Assembly (NCBI GenBank): GCA_027490665.1
Contig: JAIXXP010000116.1
Location: 15,840-79,839, forward strand
Direction: 5' to 3'
From: Cryomorphaceae bacterium
GTDB lineage: Bacteria; Bacteroidota; Bacteroidia; Flavobacteriales_D; Crocinitomicaceae
Length of the DNA: 64,000 bases
The translations under genes were made by a program, and so were the position numbers. Under the pieces are notes generated by a model, which saw only the letters and a list, made by a program, of their open reading frames with translations, did no database searches and was not told where the DNA came from. Positions 57,754 through 64,000 of the stretch are shown piece after piece. How positions within the stretch are numbered: the first letter of the stretch is position 1; each line of letters begins with the position of its first letter.

Positions 57754-58829
57754 AAAAAATAATTATTTGGGTTTTGGTGCTGGGCCTGCTCGCTGGCTTT
57801 TTAGCACCGTTTATTAGTTCTTCAACAGACGAAAGCAGCCAAGCCGCCACTTTTGGTTTCAAAGAAAACTTAGCAACCACCTACGGAAAAACCATTCCAG
57901 TCCCTATTAAAATCTCTGCTAATTGCAGCAACTTGGTTTTGAAAATTGCCGATTCTGTTGTGCTTGAAGTCAAAAAACCTAAGAAAAAAGAGCTCTATTT
58001 TCTAGACACCAAAGATTTCAAAACAGGCGCATTTCTGCTCGACCTTCAAGTGACCGATGCCAATGGCAACACTTACACAGAGCAGCGCAATTTGCGCATC
58101 TTATCTGATATCAAACCGGAAAGATGGTCTTTGAAATTGGGTACTTCTTATCCACATAATCCCAAAAATTACACGCAAGGCCTCACTTTTTGGAACGGGG
58201 AGCTTTACGAAGCCACCGGCGACCCGAATCAGGACGGTAGCTCAATGGTTGCAAAAATCAATATGAACACTGGAGAAGCACTGCAAAAGGGTAGCACCAC
58301 TTTTCAACAAAAACTAGATGCGAGCAAATTTGGAGAAGGAATCACTATTCTTAATGATCAAATTTATCAGCTGACCTGGAAAAACCAACAATGTTTTGTC
58401 TATGACATCAACACTTTCCAATTGAAAAAAGAGCTGAGTTATTCAGGCGAGGGTTGGGGCTTGTGTACCGATGGCAAGCAGCTTATTATGTCCGACGGAA
58501 CCGAACGCCTCACATTTAGAGATCCGAATACTTTTCAAGCGCTCCGTACAATTGAAGTCTATACTGACCAAGGTCCGCTACCGCAACTCAATGAGTTGGA
58601 ATACATAGATGGCCTTATTTATGCGAATATTTACACTACCAACTTTGTGGCAGTTATAGAACCTGTACTTGGGCGTGTTATTGCACTGATAGACGCAGGT
58701 AATTTAGTTACTGCAGGAAAGGGTAGTGGTGAGGTATTGAACGGCATTGCCCACAACCCGCAGTCTGGTAAAATTTACATGACGGGTAAATACTGGCCAA
58801 AAATGTTCGAAGTTGGTATTCTAAAATAA
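57750..58829 (+). CDS. glutaminyl-peptide cyclotransferase (beta-propeller type) with N-terminal extra domain
   Basis: ATG 57750 forms an ATGA overlap with the ytxJ stop. N-terminal hydrophobic anchor. About 110 aa of Ig-like sequence precede YPHNPKNYTQGLTFWNGELYEATG...NELEYIDGLIYANI, the plant/bacterial glutamine cyclotransferase pattern. Confidence 0.8.
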   Translation: MKKIIIWVLVLGLLAGFLAPFISSSTDESSQAATFGFKENLATTYGKTIPVPIKISANCSNLVLKIADSVVLEVKKPKKKELYFLDTKDFKTGAFLLDLQVTDANGNTYTEQRNLRILSDIKPERWSLKLGTSYPHNPKNYTQGLTFWNGELYEATGDPNQDGSSMVAKINMNTGEALQKGSTTFQQKLDASKFGEGITILNDQIYQLTWKNQQCFVYDINTFQLKKELSYSGEGWGLCTDGKQLIMSDGTERLTFRDPNTFQALRTIEVYTDQGPLPQLNELEYIDGLIYANIYTTNFVAVIEPVLGRVIALIDAGNLVTAGKGSGEVLNGIAHNPQSGKIYMTGKYWPKMFEVGILK

Positions 58830-58835
58830 GTCGAA

Positions 58836-59516
58836 ATGGAGAATCAGCGCAAAGATTGGTCAGAAATCAAAAGCAACGATAGCTGGTCTATATTTAAAAT
58901 CATGGCCGAATTTGTAGAGGCCTATGACAAAATGGCCAAAGCCGGGCCGTGTGTCGCAATTTTTGGTTCGGCAAGAACAAAGCCAGAACATCCACACTAT
59001 TTGCAAGCTGTTGAAATTGGCGAAAAACTTGCGCGAGCTGGTTATGGTGTCATCACCGGTGGCGGCCCTGGCATCATGGAAGCTGGCAATAAAGGTGCTA
59101 AGCAAGGGGAGGGTGTTTCAGTAGGTTTGAACATCGACTTACCATTTGAACAGTTTCACAATATTTATATCGACCGCGACCATTACCTCGAGTTTGATTA
59201 TTTCTTTGTGCGCAAAGTCATTTTTGTGAAGTATTCACAGGCCTTTGTGATCATGCCCGGTGGTTTTGGCACCCTCGACGAATTATTTGAAGCCATGACC
59301 CTTGTTCAAACAAGAAAAATTGCCAAACGACCAATTGTCTTGCTAGGGACAGCTTATTGGAGCGGTCTTTTTGATTGGGTTCGAAATGTCCAACTAAAAG
59401 AAGGTTACATTTCAGAATCTGATTTATCGTTGTTCAAAATCACCGATTCTACCGATGAAGCGCTGCAGTTTATCGACGACTTCTTTAGTTCTCATGCGCT
59501 TTCTCCAAATTTCTAA
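58836..59516 (+). CDS. LOG family nucleotide phosphoribohydrolase (TIGR00730)
   Basis: Motifs ITGGGPGIMEAGN and PGGFGTLDELFE. Confidence 0.9.
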   Translation: MENQRKDWSEIKSNDSWSIFKIMAEFVEAYDKMAKAGPCVAIFGSARTKPEHPHYLQAVEIGEKLARAGYGVITGGGPGIMEAGNKGAKQGEGVSVGLNIDLPFEQFHNIYIDRDHYLEFDYFFVRKVIFVKYSQAFVIMPGGFGTLDELFEAMTLVQTRKIAKRPIVLLGTAYWSGLFDWVRNVQLKEGYISESDLSLFKITDSTDEALQFIDDFFSSHALSPNF

Positions 59517-59546
59517 GCATCTTTGTAACACACTTACCGATACACT

Positions 59547-60368
59547 ATGTTGGATAAAATCAAAAGTACGCTTAGGTTGATCATACCATTTGTAAAGACC
59601 AAACACTTCTGGAAGCATTTTGGACTCGTCATTTTGTTCTACCTCGTCATGGTATTTGCAACCATACTTTATTTAGATTTTGCCACCAATCACGGCGAAA
59701 AAATTGCTGTTCCAAATTTAGTTGGCTTGTCAGGCGAAAAAGCCAAGCAGCGCATTGAAGACCTCGACCTAACGTACCAAATCTTAGACAGCATTTACGA
59801 TCCAAAACTTCCCGAAGGAACCGTTGTCGAGCAACTCGTTGAGCCAACTTCGCTTTCTCAGGTGTACGTGAAGTCCGGTCGTATTATTGGTTTGAGATTG
59901 TCAAAAAGGAATCAACTTGTGGAAATGCCAAGTTTGCTTCATAAACAAATTCAGTTTGCTCAAAGTATCCTAGAGCAACGCGGCTTGCGTTTCATCATTC
60001 AGTACCAACCAACTGCCGAGGCCAATGGTTCGGTCCTCGATCAACGTTATAAAGGTCGCCGAATCAAAGAAGGAGATCGCTTGCCAATTGGCTCAGTGGT
60101 AACTTTAATTGTGGGGCAAAACGACGAAGGCGAGCCAATTGCTTTACAAAACTTCATTGGCCTCACCATGTCAGAGGCGCGCTATATTTTTGATACGCTT
60201 GGTGTAAGCTCTTATTCGTTCATATGTCCAGATTGCCTAACCAGCCAAGACTCGGCTGCTGCCCGAATTTTTTCTCAATCGCCAGAATATATTGAAGGAA
60301 CTACCGTTTTTAAGTCCACTCAATTTATCCTCTCCATGCAAAAAGGAGGAGACGGACAAAACCCTTAA
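59547..60368 (+). CDS. membrane-anchored PASTA domain protein
   Basis: One TM segment (FGLVILFYLVMVFATILYL), followed by PASTA-like units (VPNLVGLSGEKAKQRIEDLDL...GTVVEQ; MPSLLHK...; LQNFIGLTMSEARYIF). Confidence 0.7.
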   Translation: MLDKIKSTLRLIIPFVKTKHFWKHFGLVILFYLVMVFATILYLDFATNHGEKIAVPNLVGLSGEKAKQRIEDLDLTYQILDSIYDPKLPEGTVVEQLVEPTSLSQVYVKSGRIIGLRLSKRNQLVEMPSLLHKQIQFAQSILEQRGLRFIIQYQPTAEANGSVLDQRYKGRRIKEGDRLPIGSVVTLIVGQNDEGEPIALQNFIGLTMSEARYIFDTLGVSSYSFICPDCLTSQDSAAARIFSQSPEYIEGTTVFKSTQFILSMQKGGDGQNP

Positions 60369-60371
60369 GCC

Positions 60372-62594
60372 ATGATGCGTTTCCTATTTCTTTTTTCACA
60401 TGCTTTTCTTTCGACCTCAATTTGGTCGCAAGGTTTTGAAAAAGGCCCTATTACCAGAAATTTTGACTTAACGAATATTCGCCAGGTACTTAAAAGCACT
60501 AGCCACAGTATAGATAGTACTTTTTATTACACTTCAGATACACTTTCCTTGCCTTTTTTTGATGAGTTTTCTACGGACAAATTCCAAAAGTATACTGCAC
60601 AATACAACGATCCAGGGGTCACTTCCACACTTTATTACCAGCTACTCAATCCAAATACTTTAGCTCCGCTCAGTCCGAACCAAACCTTTACCGACCAAGC
60701 AACATTTCGTCGCACTTTTGATATCGCAACGGGTACATTTACCGATACTATTTTTGCAACCACAGCTGTTAAAGTCGCAGATTTCTCCGCTTTTCCGCTC
60801 GCTTACCAGACGCTAAATTTATATCCGCCATACTATATTTACGATACCATTGGCGTTCCTGACACACCCGACACCGTTTGGGTGCAAAATCCAAGTTATT
60901 TCCAAGATTCAGTCCGCATTTTCTTTGCAACACTCAACAATCCAGCTGCTCTTTGGCTAGATGACCACGCTTATCTCAACCGCCGTTTCGGGGTTGCGCC
61001 GCGTTCGTTGGGAGTAGTTACTTTTGATGGCCTAGATGCTGCTGGTTATCCTTATGCAATTGGCACTTCAATTACCAACACCGCCGATTATTTGCATAGC
61101 AAACCACTCGACCTCAGTGGCTACACCGCAAGTGACTCAATGTATTTTTCATTTTTAGTTCAGTCTGAAGGTTGGGGTGATATTCCAGAAGTCACAGACT
61201 CTTTGCGTTTAGAGTTTTACGCCAAAGACCTCGATCAGTGGTTCCACGTTTGGTCTATGGCCGGAGACACCACAGCCCCATTTAAAGTTGTTCATATCCC
61301 TGTTTTGGCTGCCAAATACTTCAAAAAAGGATTCCAATTTAGGTTCACCAACTATGGTGCCTTATCGGGCGCCTTGGATCATTTCCACATTGATTATGTC
61401 CTCTTGCGACCGCAATCTAACCAGGCCGATACCTTATTCAAAGATTTCGCTTGGGTTTACCCTATGAATTCCTTGCTCCAAGACTACACCTCGGTTCCTT
61501 GGGATCACTATAAAAATACACCAAAACCCTTTAGAAATGATTTCCCAATAGGGGTTCATAATGGAAGTACAAGTCCAGAAAACAATCAAATAGCTGGTCA
61601 GTTTGTTGTGGAGCATGCAGGTGCCCAGGTCAATCAGTTTGCCATTCCTGGGAGCCAGTTGTCTGCTGGCGATTTGAATTATGAACCTACCTCAACCTAC
61701 TTTACTACACACAACATAAGCACTTTTGGTGCCTTTCCTACTAATATGGGCGGAGACCAACAAGCTTTTCGCGTGAAGGGCGATATCAGCGTTCAGTTCC
61801 CCAATCTCACACTCAACGATACCACCAGCTTTTACCAATCCTTCTTTAATTTTTATAGTTACGATGACGGCAGTGCAGAGGCAGCTTTTGGCCCAACAGG
61901 TGTGCAAGCGAGGTTAGCAGTTGAGTTCAACGCTTATGAAGCCGATTCATTGGTTGGGGTTTCTTTTCACTTTGTACCTTCTGTTACAGATGTATCCTCC
62001 AAGCTCTTTTTATTGAGTGTCTGGAGCAACGAAAATGGACAGCCCGGAACACTTCTTTATGAAGACGACGTATTTTTCCCGCGCAGCCCAATATATGCTG
62101 AAGAGCGCGGGATTTTTGTTCCGTATTATTTTACTGATACCCAAAAAGTAAGCGTTCCGTCGTCCTTCTTTATTGGTTGGCGACAACTCGATGCCGAACG
62201 CCTCAACCTCGGCCTAGACCGCAACATTGATCACTCAGACAAAGTTAAATATAGCGTTGACGGCGGCTTCACATGGTACACTTCTCCTTTTGAAGGTTCA
62301 GCCATGATCCATCCTATTTTTTCAACGGCCTTAGATGCCAGTCTTGGCTTCTCTCAAAATAACGTTTCGGCATTAGATTGGTCGGTTTATCCAAATCCGG
62401 CAAGTCAAGAGCTTACAGTTCAGTTACCAACTTCTTTACAAGGCTCGCCCATTTATCTGCTTGATGCCGTAGGCAAGGTGCAACAAACACAAACTACAAC
62501 AACATTCGATATCAGTATGTTACCTAATGGGGTCTATTACTTACAGTGTCCTCAAACGCAGCTCCGCGTACTCAAACTGGTCGTTAATCACTAA
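60372..62594 (+). CDS. large secreted protein of unknown function with T9SS type A C-terminal sorting domain
   Basis: Signal peptide ...TSIWS|Q. The C-terminus VYPNPASQELTVQLP...IYLLDAVGKV...FDISMLPNGVYYLQ...LKLVVNH is a Por-secretion CTD. Confidence 0.8.
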   Translation: MMRFLFLFSHAFLSTSIWSQGFEKGPITRNFDLTNIRQVLKSTSHSIDSTFYYTSDTLSLPFFDEFSTDKFQKYTAQYNDPGVTSTLYYQLLNPNTLAPLSPNQTFTDQATFRRTFDIATGTFTDTIFATTAVKVADFSAFPLAYQTLNLYPPYYIYDTIGVPDTPDTVWVQNPSYFQDSVRIFFATLNNPAALWLDDHAYLNRRFGVAPRSLGVVTFDGLDAAGYPYAIGTSITNTADYLHSKPLDLSGYTASDSMYFSFLVQSEGWGDIPEVTDSLRLEFYAKDLDQWFHVWSMAGDTTAPFKVVHIPVLAAKYFKKGFQFRFTNYGALSGALDHFHIDYVLLRPQSNQADTLFKDFAWVYPMNSLLQDYTSVPWDHYKNTPKPFRNDFPIGVHNGSTSPENNQIAGQFVVEHAGAQVNQFAIPGSQLSAGDLNYEPTSTYFTTHNISTFGAFPTNMGGDQQAFRVKGDISVQFPNLTLNDTTSFYQSFFNFYSYDDGSAEAAFGPTGVQARLAVEFNAYEADSLVGVSFHFVPSVTDVSSKLFLLSVWSNENGQPGTLLYEDDVFFPRSPIYAEERGIFVPYYFTDTQKVSVPSSFFIGWRQLDAERLNLGLDRNIDHSDKVKYSVDGGFTWYTSPFEGSAMIHPIFSTALDASLGFSQNNVSALDWSVYPNPASQELTVQLPTSLQGSPIYLLDAVGKVQQTQTTTTFDISMLPNGVYYLQCPQTQLRVLKLVVNH

Positions 62595-63625
62595 TGAGCG
62601 AAAATTTAGAAATTGAAGTTGAAGAGGCTGACCTCTTTGAACACCATCGATTTAAGGCCGACCCTGGTCAGGAGGTTGTGCGCATTGATAAATTCTTACT
62701 CGACCGCATGGCCGACACCTCCCGTAGCAAAATTCAAGTTGCTGCAAAAAATGGGAATATACATGTCAACGGTTCGGCAGTAAAGCAAAATTACCGTGTC
62801 AAACCCGGTGATGATATCGCAATTGTTTTGCCTTATCCTGTTCGAGAAATCGAACTGATTGCTCAGAATATTCCGATAGAAGTCGCATATGAAGACGACG
62901 ACTTATTAGTTGTCAATAAAGAAGCCAACATGGTTGTGCATCCTGGCTATGGCAACTATTCCGGAACGCTTGTCAATGCTTTGGTTTATCATTTTGACAA
63001 CTTACCAACCTTGCCAAAAGATTATTTCGGAAGGCCTGGGCTAGTTCACCGTATAGACAAACATACAACTGGCTTACTCGTTGTAGCCAAAACTGAAAAT
63101 GCCCTTAATGATCTAGCCAAACAATTTTATGATCGCACAACCGAAAGGCGTTATTACGCCCTTGTTTGGGGTGATATCAGCGAAGATGGCACAGTTACTG
63201 GCCACATTGGCAGATCGCTCAAGAACCGCAAAGTAATGACGGTTTTTCCAGATGGAGCATATGGCAAACCGGCCGTAACTCACTACAAAGTATTGGAGCG
63301 TTTTGGCTACGTAACCCTAGTAGAATGTAAATTAGAAACAGGTCGTACCCATCAAATCCGTGCACACATGCAATTCATTGGTCACCCATTGTTTAACGAC
63401 CTTGAGTACGGAGGTGATCGCATTCTTAAAGGCACCAAATCTACAGCCTACGAAAAATTCATGACGAATAATTTTGCGCTGCTTCCCGGGCAAGCGCTAC
63501 ACGCCAAAACTTTAGGTTTTATACAGCCAAGAACCAAAGAGTATCTAGAGTTTGATTCTGAGCTTCCTAATGGTTTTCAGCGCTTATTAGAACGGTGGAG
63601 AACCTATTGTTCGGATTTTAAATAA
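62594..63625 (+). CDS. rluD: RluA family 23S rRNA pseudouridine synthase (RluD-like)
   Basis: N-terminal S4 domain (RIDKFLLDRMADTSRSKIQ), catalytic HRIDKHTTGLLVVAK, and GRTHQIRAH. Confidence 0.9.
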   Translation: MSENLEIEVEEADLFEHHRFKADPGQEVVRIDKFLLDRMADTSRSKIQVAAKNGNIHVNGSAVKQNYRVKPGDDIAIVLPYPVREIELIAQNIPIEVAYEDDDLLVVNKEANMVVHPGYGNYSGTLVNALVYHFDNLPTLPKDYFGRPGLVHRIDKHTTGLLVVAKTENALNDLAKQFYDRTTERRYYALVWGDISEDGTVTGHIGRSLKNRKVMTVFPDGAYGKPAVTHYKVLERFGYVTLVECKLETGRTHQIRAHMQFIGHPLFNDLEYGGDRILKGTKSTAYEKFMTNNFALLPGQALHAKTLGFIQPRTKEYLEFDSELPNGFQRLLERWRTYCSDFK

Positions 63626-63678
63626 AATTTCTCTATTTTTGCTTTCCTTGGTTACTTACCAAGCTAAAACTACGCTTT

Positions 63679-64000
63679 ATGAAACAATTATTCATTGCCG
63701 CTATTCTATCCTTGATGACCGCATCGGTGAGTTTTGCTCAAACCGCTCCCGATCCAAAGTTCGTTCGTCAGGCCAATGAAGTATTTATCTCAGGAAACTA
63801 CTTTGAAGCTATTAATGTATGTCAAGACGCCTATAAAAAATTAGGTGCGCGTGGCTCATTACGCCAGAAAGGCGATATGGCTTTTAAAATTGCAGAGTCT
63901 TACCGCGCAATTGAGATTTACGACAAAGCCAACGATTGGTATGGCACTTGTATCGAACTCAAGTATTTCGATGTCGTACCAGAAGTATATTACTACAAAG
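63679..64000 (+). CDS. exported TPR-like protein, 3'-truncated at window edge
   Basis: ATG 63679. Signal peptide ...ASVSFA|Q. Helical-repeat-like sequence (GNYFEAINVCQDAYKK...AFKIAESYRAIEIYDKANDWY). The ORF runs off the window. Confidence 0.5.
   Translation, partial: MKQLFIAAILSLMTASVSFAQTAPDPKFVRQANEVFISGNYFEAINVCQDAYKKLGARGSLRQKGDMAFKIAESYRAIEIYDKANDWYGTCIELKYFDVVPEVYYYK

Noticed and set aside
1-64000. Searched for tRNA, rRNA, CRISPR arrays, IS elements, integrases, phage genes or known defence systems.
   Set aside because: The longest non-coding gap is about 164 nt (24595-24758). No spacer shows cloverleaf-like or arrayed repeat structure. No ORF resembles a transposase, integrase or phage protein.

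Overview
The window is a gene-dense, roughly 95% coding chromosomal segment from a Bacteroidota genome, most likely Flavobacteriia-like. Supporting signals are T9SS type A and type B C-terminal sorting domains, a PorP/SprF gene, TAnnTTTG -7 promoter boxes, no Shine-Dalgarno signals, and Gln after almost every signal-peptide cleavage site. I support 62 CDS. I found no rRNA, tRNA, CRISPR array, transposase, integrase or obvious prophage or defence island.

Most genes are housekeeping: tdk, a murF-like/alr fusion, fbp, exbB-exbD-tonB-like, mfd, yicC-gmk-nadD, rsmA, hutI, lpdA, lptB, tatC, pheS, ytxJ, glutaminyl cyclase, LOG and rluD. Five T9SS cargo proteins and several unknown exported proteins are interspersed among them.

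The least explained region is 6488-13839. It is a same-strand run of three paralogous exported proteins of unknown family, an XRE-HTH protein with a large helical domain, a second exported protein, and a membrane-anchored adenylate cyclase-HD fusion with no sensor domain. I propose it, as inference only, as a candidate uncharacterised envelope-to-cAMP module.

Other observations:
- A near-universal Q-rule at signal-peptide cleavage sites, with the cyclase that explains it encoded in the window.
- Leaderless-type promoter geometry at several genes.
- A secreted LTD-CotH-TSP3 protein paired with PorP/SprF.
- A tandem triplet of small lipoproteins.
- A 117-nt in-frame tandem repeat.
- atp-leader genes without atp structural genes.
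- Convergent gene pairs that overlap and leave no room for terminators.

All family assignments are by-eye motif recognition. No searches or computations were run.
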